Shown here piece by piece: positions 24,871 through 37,999 of a stretch of DNA of 64,000 nt. Source of the DNA: Octopus vulgaris (taxonomy: Eukaryota); contig OX597814.1 in assembly GCA_951406725.2 (NCBI GenBank), positions 29,574,001-29,638,000 on the forward strand. The letters run 5' to 3'. A program made the position numbers and the translations under genes. Position 1 is the stretch's first letter, and each line of letters begins with the position of its first letter. The notes beneath the pieces were generated by a model. It was not told the origin of the DNA. It made no database searches and saw only the letters and a program-made list of their open reading frames with translations.

Positions 24871-25725
24871 CAGAGAGTGTGTGTGTGTGTTTTTGCTTCC
24901 AGTGGCAGCTCATTTATAGGAACTGCAGCACCCATATTTCCACTCAATATTATCAATAACATTCAATATAATGAATCCTTTCTTCTTTAATTCTTTTTTT
25001 ATACTTATACATTATATAATCCTTAAGCTCAATATCAATAGCCATCACCTAGAAAAAATACAAAAGTCCTTGCAAAGAACTGTGTGCTTCACAGTTCCAG
25101 CGACTCAGTATTTGACTGTTGTGCGCATGCTCACATGTCCAAGATAGAAAGCTTCACACTAGGGAGAGAAAGCACTGCATGAATGACAGTGCCTGGTGAA
25201 AGGTGGTGTTTCTTTTTGACTCCACGTGTGTTGTGCTTAAAAACGTGTTTATATTCTTGAATGTGATAAAGTGTAGAATTAGATTATTATCCTGATTCCA
25301 GCTTCAATGTTGTTACCAGGATTTGAAAAACAGGGTACATTTTCTGCCCTTATTTTGTGATTTAGGGGGAATTTTTGAAAAACAAGGGGGTATTCACAGC
25401 AGTGTTCAGTGAACAAATTACACACTACCCAGTTGTGGCTAAAATGCGAACCAATTAAGCTTATGTATAAATTTTCTTTTTATGTTTGTTTCCTTTTACA
25501 CAGTATTAAAACAACGGCTAAAAATTTTCTGAAGCAGCATCCCCACTAATTTTTTCTACATGCTACCATCAATTCTTACCATCAGAAATGCAATGAATCA
25601 ACAATTGTTCCTTTAAAAACCTGTGACCATGATTCTGTTGTTCAAGAGTGAGGATGTAAAATAAAATAATTGCACCTTTATTTAAGTACTGAAATTTATA
25701 TTCAAATCTTAGATTTAAATTTTTA

Positions 25726-26083
25726 TATAGGACAAGCAAAACGCCCCCCGTCCAATGGACAGTGCTGAGTTGTCAAACATTTAAACTTGTCCGACCCTCC
25801 CATAGGCCTCCCCTTTGAGAAACACCGATTTATCCTAAATTTGAGACACCAGCAAAAAAAGAAATAAAGATAGACTTTTTTTCTATTCCAAAGAAAAACA
25901 ATTTTATTCACTTTATCGATCGCATTCTCACCTGGGGAATCGATTTTTATAATTTTTTTCTAGACTTATACACACCCTGATACCATCGGTATCTACATAT
26001 CAAATTTGAGCGCAATCAGATGGAGGATGCCCGAGATCCTAGAAGACACACACACACAGACAGAACAGATTTTATATAATAGA
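25726..26083 (-). mobile_element. Probable Helitron-like non-autonomous element
   Basis: Minus strand starts TCTATTATATAAA then (TG/TCTG)n and ...gattgcgctcaaatttg, an organisation typical of small Helitron-like elements; 3' end unclear. Confidence 0.4.
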
Positions 26084-27354
26084 TGTCAACATCTTTTATT
26101 AAGTTTAGTTATTTCAGCAAACCCCTTGTAAATATTGTTTTGAAAATAAAAACAATAACAGAACATTTTCTTATATGAAATATAGTCACAAAAGGGATAA
26201 ATATTTGCAACAATAAAAATATGGGTAGAGTGGAAGAATGTGCGTGTTAAAAATGAAGTGAGCAAATAAACCAAGATTTAACTGTTGTCTATCTTTACAA
26301 TTATTTAACTTTTTAATGCTGTGTACTTGCATGTTAACTAGAGTAGTATAGTAGTCTTTGTTTTTGATTCTTTCTTTGTCTTTATCTTTATCTTACTAAA
26401 CCTATAACATCATTAATGAGCATTGAAGTACATTGGTAAATTACATTCAGTTTATCTCCAAGCATAGATATTGCAAGTATTCTTACCTCAATCCAAATCA
26501 TCTCACCTGCTGCACCACCATACATTTCTCACTCTTCTCATGCCCTATGATTACCTCTCTCTCTCTCTCTCTCTCCCCTTGTCTACTGTATCAAAATACT
26601 GTTCTGCTATTCTTCTCCCCCATTGCATCATTGGTCACTCCTTCCATTCCTTACTTACCCTTCATTATATCCACCCCTCAACCCTATCCAATCTCTACAG
26701 TTGTCCCCTGCTCTTCCCTATCTCCCCTTTATTCTTCATTATATTCACTGTTTCACCCATTCCCCATCTCTCACTCGCTCATCCTCTTGCAGCATTTACC
26801 CACCCATCCACCCACACTCCTGACCCTATTCGCTTCTACTCACCTCATAGCTTTAAGGATCCACATAGATGCCTCATCACTATTTTCTCCCTTCCCTGCT
26901 CCACCCTGATCATCCTTTACCTTCTCTTCTAAAATGTATGTAGCCACGAAACCCTCTTACAGCAAGAAACCTGTTTCTGCTCTACCTCCTTCTCTCATAC
27001 TTTAACCCCTCATCCCCAAGCATAGGGTTTTGTAGCTCTGTAAGCTGCATGACAGCCTCACTAGTGCTACTGGCATGAAAATAGCACCCAGTACATGTTC
27101 TAAAAGGGCTGGTATAAGAAAGGGCATCCAGCTGTAGAAACCATGCCGAAATAAACAGTGGCGCATGCTGCAGTCCTTGCATCCATCAGATCTTGTCCAT
27201 CCATCCAACCCATGCCAGCACAGAACGTAGATGTCAAAAGATGATGATGAGCTCAACGGATCATAGGAAAAAAAAAACTGTGTTTTTGTGTATGTATGTG
27301 TGTGTGTACACATACATACATACATACATATACAGGAGTATATACATACATATA

Positions 27355-27756
27355 GGCGCAGGAGTGGCTGTGTGGTAAGTAGCTTGTCTACCAACCACAT
27401 GGTTCCGGGTTCAGTCCCACTGCGTGGCACCTTGGGCTAGTGTCTTCTACTATAACCTCGGGCCGACCAAAGCCTTGAGTGGATTTGGTAGATGGAAACT
27501 GAAAGAAGCCCGTCGTATATATGTATATATATATGCGTGTGTGTGTTTGTGTGTCTGTATTTGTCCCCCTAGCATTGCTTGACAACCGATGCTGGTGTGT
27601 TTATGTCCCCGTTACTTAGCGGTTCGGCAAAATAGACCGATAAAATAAGTACTGGGCTTACAAAAGAATAAGTCCCGGGGTCGATTTGCTCGATTAAAGG
27701 CGGTGCTCCAGCATGGCTGCAGTCAACTGACTGAAACAAGTAAAAGAGTAAAGAGT
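27355..27756 (+). mobile_element. tRNA-derived SINE, family A
   Basis: Full-length copy ending ~165 nt upstream of the DOLPP1 129-nt exon. Confidence 0.85.
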
Positions 27757-27920
27757 AATACAAACACACATTTGTATGTGTATAATAATATTTGTTGAAA
27801 TTTAATTGAATAAAAAAACATACAACTTAAAATGTACTGAAGCTTGTAAAACCTAATATAAATGAAGGCAAAAATTATATGTAATTAATATCAAGAATAT
27901 ATTTTTCTTTTATAATACAG

Positions 27921-28049
27921 AGTTTACTTAGGATATCACTTTGTTAGTCAAGTGCTATGTGGTGCTCTTCTGGGAATGATTCTAGGTGCGGCATGGTTTT
28001 GTACAGTTCATCTAATTTTGACACCATTCTTTCCAGTTATTGCAGCAAG
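27921..28049 (+). CDS. DOLPP1: Dolichyldiphosphatase 1 internal exon (129 nt, phase 2-2)
   Basis: tataatacag|A...GCAAG|gtaagt. Translates VYLGYHFVSQVLCGALLGMILGAAWFCTVHLILTPFFPVIAA and completes PAP2 motif 3 SR-X5-H-X3-Q (SRVYLGYHFVSQ). Confidence 0.96.
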
Positions 28050-28146
28050 GTAAGTACCTTCTTTCTGTCTTTGTATCCTATTAATGAAATGTTCTTACCT
28101 GATATGAATTAACACGTTTTTTTTTTTCTCTATTTCCATGAAGCAT

Positions 28147-28162
28147 TTAGTAGTAGTAGTGC

Positions 28163-28220
<58 letters not shown>
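28147..28220. repeat. (TAG)n microsatellite
   Basis: About 24 TAG units with one interruption, ~100 nt downstream of the DOLPP1 129-nt exon. Confidence 0.95.
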
Positions 28221-28939
28221 CTATAGGCAGGATGGTATGTTGGTATTCTTTGTTGAATGTATTGTCTTTTCTTAGAGCTGAAAGTTATTTATAGAATTAT
28301 ATCAAAGCCTATCGAAAACAAAAGGATTCTTTGTCTTTCTGGACATCAAGAGATATTATAAGATTACTTGTGTTGCTGATGGTGTGGAGAGAGAGAGAGA
28401 GAGAGAGAGACTAAGAGTAGACGTAACTGACTCCTACTGCCATGTACTTTTTGATTTTAATACATTAGTCAGAAGTGGGGGTAGATTTTATATTGTCTGC
28501 AGATGCTCCAAGTGACCAATGCCATCATTTTGTGTCCACTCCCACACGCTGGCATGAGTTGAATGCTGCCACAGGTCTAGTTTTTGTTGTGATGTAGTGG
28601 CTTGTGTGCCTCAATGACCCTGAGAGCTTTGCCGGGGGAGCACAAGCTCCTTGTAGGGCCTTCCATGCTGGACAGGTTAAAGGATAGGGGTCAGGCTAAT
28701 ATGGACCACCTACACTTCCCAGAGGTAAAAATAGATTTGTGTAGAGGCCAACAACCTTACCTAGAAAAAATGCAAAGTTAGAGAATCATTGATGTCAATT
28801 CAAAACTGACAAAATCTCGGATGTGGTGCTTCAGAATCTGAAAAGGTGCTGCAAAGCCACAGAGCTGAAAGAGCAAGGGTCTAGCTGGAGAGAAATAAGT
28901 GACAACCCAGAGTTGAGAACAGGGAAGAAAAGTTGTTGA

Positions 28940-29240
28940 TGGCTCACAATCAAGACGTAGTGAGTTCGAATTCAGGCCTGGGCTATGTTGTGTTCTTGAG
29001 CAAGACACTTTATTTCATGTTGCTCCAGTTCACTCAGCTGTAGAAATGAGTTGCAACATCACTGGTGCCAAGCTGTATTGGCCTTTGCCTTTCCCTTGAA
29101 TAACATTAGTGGTGTAGAGAGAGGAGAGTGGTACATGGGTAAACTGCTGGTCTTCCATGAAAAAATTTTGCCCAAACTTGTGCCCAGGAGGGGGAACTTT
29201 TTAGGTGCAATCCCATGATCATTCATGACCAAAGGGGTTC
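28940..29240 (+). mobile_element. tRNA-derived SINE, family D
   Basis: Forward copy with a clipped 5' end, ending catgaccaaaggggg. Confidence 0.78.
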
Positions 29241-29274
29241 CTTTCCTTTCTATGTTCCCTAGGGAGAGAAGTGA

Positions 29275-29497
29275 TTAACTCTTCAGCATTCAAATTACTC
29301 TAATAAATGTCTTATTTATTCACATTGTTTTGAATTATTTATGCATTATTTCATAGCTATCAGATTTCGATAATGTAATTGTATATTTTTAGAATGACAT
29401 TACAGGGTGAGTGTTAGAGGCTGGATCTGGCCAGTTTCAGTATGAAACAGGTAGAATATTTAGACCAAATATAGCCAGTCTAAATGTAAAAGGGTTT
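29275..29497 (-). mobile_element. piggyBac-type MITE, diverged copy
   Basis: Same family body with partly decayed TIRs. Confidence 0.65.
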
Positions 29498-29796
29498 AGT
29501 ATGTATTGGTTGGCTGGCCTTCCTTAGACAGTTATTTAAAGCTGGAGACCCTTCCTCTTGCAGAGGCTTTTAAGTTGCCTCTTATGATACATAGAGATAT
29601 AAAATACCTATTCTAAACCCAGAAACTGGGGACATGGAAACTTTGGTTGAAATTCTTGCAACAGATAGAATTCCATTCCTGCAAAGGTAACCCAAACACC
29701 AGGTGGAGTATTAGGCCTGCTATCCTTTATTAATTTTTAGACAACCAAAGTAAAAGATATGTCCAAACAGAAAACAGAACAGTTAGAAGTGATCTC

Positions 29797-29947
29797 ATCA
29801 TCATCATCATCATCATCGTTTAGCGTCCGTTTTCCATGCTAGCATGGGTTGGACGGTTCTACTGGGGTCTGTGAAGCCAGAAGGCTTCATCAGGCCCAGT
29901 CAAATCTGGCAGTGTTTCTACGGCTGGATGCCCTTCCTAACGCCAAT
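29797..29947 (-). mobile_element. Family C repeat, short 3' piece
   Basis: (CAT)n cgtttagcgtccg ... cccttcctaacgccaa. Confidence 0.78.
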
Positions 29948-30494
29948 GAATTGGAATTAAATTGTTTGTATCTAAGGTCAGCCTTGATTTCATGGATATA
30001 TTATCAAAGATATTCCAGCTGTGATCAATCTCTTTTTCTATGATTTTGTTACCTAATGTGTCCTTCTCTTGAGTGAGTTCACTTAAGATGAGTAGTCAAC
30101 TACTTTTACAGTAAAAATAAACATGTAAACATAAAGTGATGATTTCTTACATATGTTCAAGGCAAATTTGGCAGTGAGTACAGTCAATTAAATCAACCCC
30201 AGTCCTTCATTCGTACATTATTTTACTCATTCTGCTACAATGAAAGGCAAAGTCTATCTCAGTGGGATCAGAACACAGAACATAAAGGAATATAACAACT
30301 AAATACTGCAAGTCTTACACAATTATACATTGCATTTATCTGATATTTGCTTACTAATTTTCGATACATTATGCATTGACTATTTGATGATTAGATATAT
30401 TCCTTTTGAATTAGTAAATCTTGTCAGATCATGCCACTTGTGTAATATGTACTGAATAGCTATTCTTCTGTGTAGTTGTATTGTAATGTTGGAG

Positions 30495-30706
30495 CAGTGG
30501 TTCTCAACTGGTGTCCATATAAGATTTTTATTTTTTGCTAAAATGTATGTGTAAGAAATTGGTTATATACTTCTACAATTCACCAACTATTTTAACAATT
30601 TTTTTTATATAATTTCTAATAATATTCAATTATAAAAATATATATATGAAGGCCCACCTGAATAAAATAGGAATCGAAGGAGTCCATTGGTAAAAAATGG
30701 TTGAGA
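30495..30706. mobile_element. hAT-type MITE remnant
   Basis: CAGTGGTTCTCAAC at the left end and GGTTGAGA at the right end, a Charlie-like TIR. Confidence 0.5.
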
Positions 30707-31070
30707 GTGTTGTCTACTAACTCTTTATAATTAAAAATGACTTCCTTGTGTTTATAAGAGTGTATATAGTCTGAATCAAATGCCAAATTAAGTATAAATT
30801 TCTTTCTGTCTTGTTCTCATGTGGTAGCTAACTTAGATTAGATGGAAAGAGGCCCAAAAGGTCTCTCACAATTATTTTTCATCTCTTGGTGCAGGTGTGT
30901 GATTGAGAGGCTAACTTCACAACCTTGTATCCTTCAGTTCAGTCCCACTGCATTGCACACCTTGAGCAAATGTTTTCCACCTTACCCTCTGTTTGACCAA
31001 AGCCTTGTGAGTGGATTTGGTAGACAGAAACTGAAAGAAGCTCATCATATATATATATATATATATATAT

Positions 31071-31362
31071 GTTGCCGTAGCCGTTGCCAGCCTTGCCTGG
31101 CCCCCGTGCCGGTGGCACGTAAAAGCATCATCCGTTCGTGGCCGTTTGCCAGCTCCATCTGGCACCTGTGCAGGTGGCACGTAAAAAGCACCCACTACAC
31201 TCACGGAGTGGTTGGCGTTAGGAAGGGCATCCAGCCATAGAAACACTGCCAGATCAGACTGGGCCTGATGCAGCCTTCTGGCCTCACAGACCCCAATTGA
31301 ACCGTCCAACCCATGCTAGCATGGAAAGCGGACGCTAAATGATGATGATGATGATGATGATG
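31071..31362 (+). mobile_element. Family C repeat inserted in the (TA)n of a family A SINE (30890-31070)
   Basis: A family A half is followed directly by family C and (GAT)n. Confidence 0.78.
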
Positions 31363-31820
31363 TGCACTTGTGTGTATATATGTGTTTGTATTGTAGATCT
31401 CTCCAAAGGCAGTGAGCTAGCAGAATCATTAGCACACTGAGCATAACACTTAGTGAAATCCCATTCATCTTTACATTCAGAATTCTGCCAGGGTTGACTT
31501 TGCCTCTCATCCTTTTGGGATCGTTGAAATAAATACCAGTCAAGCACTGAAGTCTATGTAATCAGCTAGTTCCCTCTCTTAAAATTTCAGACCTTATACC
31601 TTTGGTAGAAAGGATTGTAGATCTCTTCAGCTATACTTACTTTTAAAATGGGTGTTATGTTGATGTTGATTAAATAGTGCTTTTGTTTCTATCATATTTG
31701 AAAAAAGCCTCAATCTGTTGTGAATTAATGTTTGTAAACTAAACAAATGATATTGTTGTTTGTTGCTTGAATCGTTACTTTAATTTCCTGCTAATTTTAC
31801 CGTTTTATTTTTAATTTCAG

Positions 31821-31910
31821 TTTAATAGGTGAATTTTTAATGGTAAGGGACTCAACTCTAATTCCTCATGTTATGTGGTTTGAATACAAATCTTCCAGAA
31901 GTGAAGCCAG
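31821..31910 (+). CDS. DOLPP1: Dolichyldiphosphatase 1 internal exon (90 nt)
   Basis: ttaatttcag|T...GCCAG|gtaaag. Translates (S)LIGEFLMVRDSTLIPHVMWFEYKSSRSEA(R), matching human EFFLIRDTSLIPNVLWFEY...RAEAR. Confidence 0.95.
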
Positions 31911-32633
31911 GTAAAGGATCCATTTCCATTACTTATTGATAGTTCATTATGTTAAAAGCCCAAATATCTATAGGATTAACCTTCCTGCAATGTTAATCTG
32001 CTGGTTCTTATTCCATATACCCCAGATGGGGAAAGAGGCATTGAAGATGCTGAAAATAGCTTGAGGGGATATATTTTTTGTTGATTTTCTCGTTCAAGCT
32101 ACTCACAAAAGAGTCAAGACTCTTAGATTGTTAGTGAAATGTGAGTTCAGGGATAACAGTATGTTAAACAGATATTAGTAAATACCAAGTTGATTTTCTC
32201 AATGAAACTGTATTAAAAAGATTAGGTCCTTCGAACCTAAAAACATTGGAGGCTAAAGATTAATGCCCAGTCTGTCACTCAGCTAGGATTGTCTTGTTAT
32301 CAGGTCTCAATTCAAAGGAATATGTCCTGTCCTGGAAGTATTGAAGAACTACTGGTCAAATGGCTGATTAACTTCTTGATTGTCAGACTAACTTAGGTAA
32401 GAGTGCATTTGATTACTGCTGATTTGCTTGCTTAGATTAGAAAATATAGATTTATATGAAGATCTTGTTGGAAATCATTGAGATACTTTTTTAAGTTATT
32501 GCAGTATACTATATTCTTTGCAGCTCTCTCTTCATTTGTTTCTCACATGGGATTTATCCTAATTACATCAATACATTTTGTTTCTGCATTTAGTTTGCAA
32601 GATTCTTGATGTGAACTCATATGTTGAATCATA

Positions 32634-32954
32634 TTTTGTGTTGTCTTGGGACGGTCATTATGCCAATAATAAAGACACACCCTGATTCTATTTCACTACT
32701 TTATTATTTGTCAATGGTTAACTATTTAACCAATTAATTAATTAATTGATTGATTGATTAATCATTTGATTACTTAGTCTGTCAATTCAGTTTGTCAAAG
32801 TCCTTTCATTACCATTATGACTTCATCAGTGACATGCTCTAGATTTGCATCAATTGATGAGTTAACCAATTGACAAATTAACAATGAAGAAATGAAATAG
32901 AACCAGTGTGTATGCTTATCATGGGATAATGACCCTCCCTAGATACAACAAAAT
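32634..32954. repeat. Imperfect inverted repeat (~90-bp arms) with a degenerate hammerhead-like motif in the spacer
   Basis: ~32634-32722 pairs with ~32861-32954. The minus strand at 32793-32834 reads UGUCA CUGAUGA ... GAAA ggacuu UGACA. Confidence 0.55.
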
Positions 32955-33605
32955 GAGTACATTTTCTATTAATTAAACTGATATGGAGAAATTTGATAAT
33001 CACTATGACAGATTTCTTTCTTTGCCACATTAAAATAACTTACAATTCAATCATGTAGCAACACTTGATGAACACAAATTTGAGAAAATTGGTCGAGTTT
33101 GTTTATTATCAAGCTGTAGCTTAGTAAAAGTAGCATAAAATGAAACCAAACAAAATAATTCCCGGTTTTTGTAAGGTATTTAGTTAGATTATCTGTGCAC
33201 TCTTCATTTAATAGAAAATTCAGCATCTCATGGTATTTTAAATTATATTGCAATTTGTGAACAATATCGCCATTGATTACAGGTTTCCAATGAGCCAATC
33301 AATAGTTAACTGTATTTCTGATAGGGGAGAGTCTAATTCAATAAAGATCAAATGTCTAAAAGGACTTCTTTCATAAAGCACTAGTTTTACAGTTTTCTCA
33401 ACATTTATCTCCTTTGCCAATATACATCAGTGAATGACACACACACATTTCCATGTATATATTTGTATAAGACTTCAGGTTTCAATGTATTATTATAATA
33501 CCTGGAACCACATGGTTGTGAAGCTATGTCTGTGTCTTTCAATTAAGTCTTTGTTTATTTTAAAATCCCACTTGTTTTTTGTTCTTTTTTAAATATATAT
33601 TGTAC

Positions 33606-34003
33606 TAGCAGTATTGCCTGGCGTTGCTCGGGTTTGTAAGGGAAATAACTATATAAGCATTTTTAGAGAGTTATAGCCAAAAAATAGCAAAAAAATGCAT
33701 TTAAAAATGGGGAAAAAATTATGGTAAATTTTTTTTTTTAAATCGTTGACTCATCGTAGACATTTTTAGAGAGTTACTTCCCTTATATAATAGCGAAAAA
33801 ATGCATTAAAATGGAAAAAAATTATGGTAAATTTTTTTTTAAATCGTAGACTCATCGTAGACGCGCTAATACCCAGAAGGGCTCGATATGAATCACGACT
33901 ATAAGATACCCGGTTTTGGTTAAACAGCACTGCAAAATGTGGGAGTAGTTAGGAATCTAAATCGTAGGAGACAGACACACAACCTTACTTTTATATATAA
34001 AGA
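33606..34003 (-). mobile_element. Non-autonomous Helitron (same family as 9466-9860)
   Basis: Reverse-complement copy ending CCCGAGCAACGCCAGGCAATACTGCTAG. Confidence 0.75.
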
Positions 34004-34102
34004 TATATTTTATCATTTGATTTATGTTAATAATTTGATAACTGAAAAAGTTTTGCCTCATAAAGCTGAAAAATACAATTTCTAATGTTTCTTTTATTTC
34101 AG

Positions 34103-34142
34103 GAACAGGCAGAGAAAAGTAACTGGTCGCAAGTCACAGTGA
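34103..34142 (+). CDS. DOLPP1: Dolichyldiphosphatase 1 last coding exon
   Basis: cttttatttcag|G AAC AGG CAG AGA AAA... gives NRQRKVTGRKSQ* (human NRQRKLGTKLQ*). TGA at 34140-34142 is followed directly by TAA. Confidence 0.93.
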
Positions 34143-34396
34143 TAAGTTAGTTGCACAACTGCAAATAACTTTGCCTACTTCTTCTAGCAGTCAGTTCACC
34201 GTTAGCTGAGGAAAGGCTGGGACATGTGGCTAGCAAATAATGGCCTAGCACACAAGACTGCTTCACAACTCAACTGTCAATAGACTGAGTGACTGATTGA
34301 CACAAATCAACAATGTAACTAACGAGAATTATATACTGGAAGATATAGAAATTTCAATGCAAGGACAATGAAAAAATTATGACTTACAAATACATA

Positions 34397-34411
34397 AATA
34401 AAATGAATAAA
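34397..34411 (+). promoter_or_regulatory. Candidate proximal polyadenylation signals of DOLPP1 (two AATAAA)
   Basis: AATAAA at 34397-34402 and 34406-34411, about 255 nt after the stop. The region is AT-rich, so chance occurrence is possible. Confidence 0.35.
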
Positions 34412-37400
34412 TATTAAGACTGAATATAAGAGAAATCTGGAAGAAATCATATTTCTATCAGCAGAAATCTTAATTATAATCACTGATACCACAACTGATA
34501 TTGTGAGTGCATTTGTGCTTCAGTTTAGAATATGACAGCTCTTACACAAGAAGAGGAATACAGTGAACAACACTGTCTTTTTCTTCCAATTCTCTTCCAG
34601 TGATGTATGTTAATAATTTTATTGCATTTCTTTATTATTTGTGATAAATTATCTGTTTTTATATCTGTTTTGTGTCGCTCTTACATTCTCATTACAGTTG
34701 TTGTTGAATAGCCCTGGTCAGTACTGCTTGAGCAAGCAGACCCTATGATTCAGAGGTAGCTGGTTGAACAATGCATTAATTATTATTATTGTTGATATGT
34801 TGTCCTAAGATTTAGGGCATAAAACATGATCCTATTTTTTAAAAATAATGGGAGGAGATTTGGCTATTGAATTGAGTAAATCAAGATCACTTGTTGGCTC
34901 ATTCCCATCACATTTTCAAAAAATAGATGAAAAGTTATTGTTTTGTAGATGATTGTGATAAAGTTGATGGCATTAAAAAGTAATAAGAATCGTTAGAAGA
35001 AAATGGAGCTACAAAGATACATAAAAATGATGACTGCTGTTTTATAGGTAATTTTAAAAGTTTGCTATTCTTTATTCTGCACATCAGTGTTGGAATTAAA
35101 CATAAATCATTTTCATAAACAAGGTTAGTAAAATAAACTAGTAAACATTTGGCAGGTTTTACTGTTCCAGTAACAAAATCAGCTAGATAGAATAATAAAC
35201 AGATAACATTTTGGTTTTATTATTCTGTTTAGATGTATATCCTGAACTTTCAACATTTTGGGTGGGACACCTGTGAGAAGAAATAGGTATAGAGTTTTAT
35301 CATTATCATGAGATAATCTGTAATTGAGAAAGATATCTTCCTGGTGTGTCTGACAAGTTTCATGTGGAATGAACTGTAACACTGCAGCATGTAATTAAAA
35401 GCTGTTGGTCAGATTCATTTGCAATGAAGATTGGAGATTACTGAAGAGAAAGACTTCCTGCTGTCTTCTTTAGGTCAGTAGTTAAGCTTGAACTAAAATG
35501 TTACTAGCCAAGTTAACATTAATTATAGCCCTCCTGATTGTTACAGTTGTGAGTTAATCTGTGAACAAAAAGGGTCCTGTCTGAAATATCTAACCTCATA
35601 TTATCTCACAGCAGGTGAACTATGTTATTCTACAAAATTTATGGTTAAAAAATGGAATGAGTTGGAAGAGTTATGTGTCTTGACAACAGACATAGAACAA
35701 GTGATGGCATATGAAACAAAATCAGTCTGTAGTCCAACATGACTAAGGTAACTGCAAATCTACAATGCAAACTGACCAAATAAAAGATATTTTCTGTTGG
35801 AAGAAGAAAACTACATATTTTCATATTTTCTTTAACTCTTAATATAAATCCTCCCAAGACTGTATTTAAATTAACTCATTATTATATACAAAATTACAGT
35901 AGCTGAAAGAGTCTTTCTTAAATTTTCTTCTAATTACCCAATTAACATTTCTCTGAATAAAAAGATTTCTGTTATTCAGAAATTTGGGTGGGTTTAGTAA
36001 AATTAATTGGATTACTAACACAATCTCTTCTTAGAAATTTGGCCATGAAGAAATTAAAAATGTGCATATCCCATGAGCTACAAACAGCAAAAAGAAAATG
36101 ATGGTGGAGCAAGAATGGACTTTTATGAGTATTTAATTTCCATAAGTGTATATTTTTACAAATAAATATTAAAGGTGTTTAAATATATATTTTTAAGTAG
36201 AAATCAATTTTTTTTTTTTCAAATTTTATAGTTGATTCTCAAACAGAACATGAAATAACTTTACACTCTATAATTTTTTTTTTTTTTAATAAGATCAGTA
36301 ATCAGATGGGTGACATGTTAGGTAAATAGAAGCCACACTGAATAATTACAATTAAAAATGCTTTCTGAAAAATAAACTTCCCAGCGTTGTAAAGAAGTGA
36401 TAAGTATTGTACATCCAAAAGAGCATCAGCCCTTTGTTAATTTTTATCATATAGCCTGCTAAAATTTTATTAACATTATTCAATAATTTATAAATTCCCT
36501 TTTCATAGAATAACCTCAACATAAAGGCAGGAATTTATAGAAAAGGATAAATTCAGTTTAAGTTTAAAATTTTGATAGTACCCAATACCCCACTCATCCC
36601 TGGGTCCAATGTGGCTGGTAGGAGGAAGTTATCCTCAAACTTGAGGGCTGAACTAAATTCTTGTTAAGAAGGAGCAGGTGGTGGAAAAATGGATGAAGTC
36701 TTAACATCCAAGAATTGAAAAAAATAATACAAATCATTTCATTCAATGCTCTAACTCATTACCCTAGACTGATACTTTATTTTAGTGACCCTGACAAGAT
36801 GAAAGGCGAAGTTGACCTTTGCAGAATTTAAACTTCAGAGTTACCTGGAACAATTACTACAAAGTATTTTGTCCTATGTTCTTACAATTCTGTAAATTTG
36901 CTGCCTACTAAGGTTAGTTCGACTATACACAAAAAATAAAATAAGGAGTCTGTACTTAGCTATAATACTTATTATTTTACTTTTCCCTACATTAATACAG
37001 GCAATATTTAATTTCATTATAGCTGTACTGGCAACATGATACATTTCTTCCTAATTAGCATGTGATATCTTATGGTCATTAGCTGGTTAGATTAGAACAG
37101 CTGGTTTATATGTATTCATGGCTAGTCTCTTTATATCAAGTTTTCCCCCTTTTAATTTGGGTTGTGTGTTGAGGCTGAACAACAAAGTATCTAAATTGAT
37201 GACATACAATACTCATTAAATCTATGAGTTTCAATTCTAATAATTAAAAGATAACTTAGATTTCAAAAGCCTTGGTTTGCTTTTCTTTCCATTTTATCTT
37301 TCATCCAGAACCTTCTTTAAATTGGATAATTTAAGATTTATACAGCGAAAGTTCCTCTAAGAATACTATCTTATCCATTTTTACCATTCTTTTTAATTGT

Positions 37401-37966
37401 ATAGTTTAATGATGTAACAGCATTTTAAGTTAGGTTCCCCTCTATCAAATCTACCATTTATGTAAAGGATCAATCTGTTTTATCAGTACACCCCTCACCT
37501 AAGCACTTGCTCAAAACATGTATTATATATGGATATAAATAACATAATATAAATATGTAAATAATAAAGATATTAATTTTTAATTTGCTTCAACTGCAAC
37601 CAATTTCATGGCCTTAAAAAATATAACAAATCATTTATTTACTACTCAGTAACACATGAAATAATAAACAATATCAGTAACATGTTAAAATTTATTCATT
37701 TGATTTTACATTTTAAAAAAAAGTTTATCAACAGCAAAATTTAAAACAAGTTTAAGGGTAAATATATTTTGATTATATTGAGTTTCTTCCCACCCACCAC
37801 AAAAAAAAAAAACAAAGTCAAAATCAAGAATTCAGTTAAATTTTTTTCTTTTCTTCAAAGATTTTTGTTTTCTTTGAGATATCACAGAACAGATGAAGTT
37901 TATATTTTTTCTAGGACATTAGCTGCCTTTTAACACCTATTTCAGCACCAACAAAAGAGAATTATA

Positions 37967-37999
<33 letters not shown>

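Noticed and set aside
26433-26932. Overlapping 150-aa Pro/Ser/Leu-rich ORFs
   Set aside because: A pyrimidine-rich low-complexity tract that lacks stop codons by composition; it is intronic and attached to a repeat.
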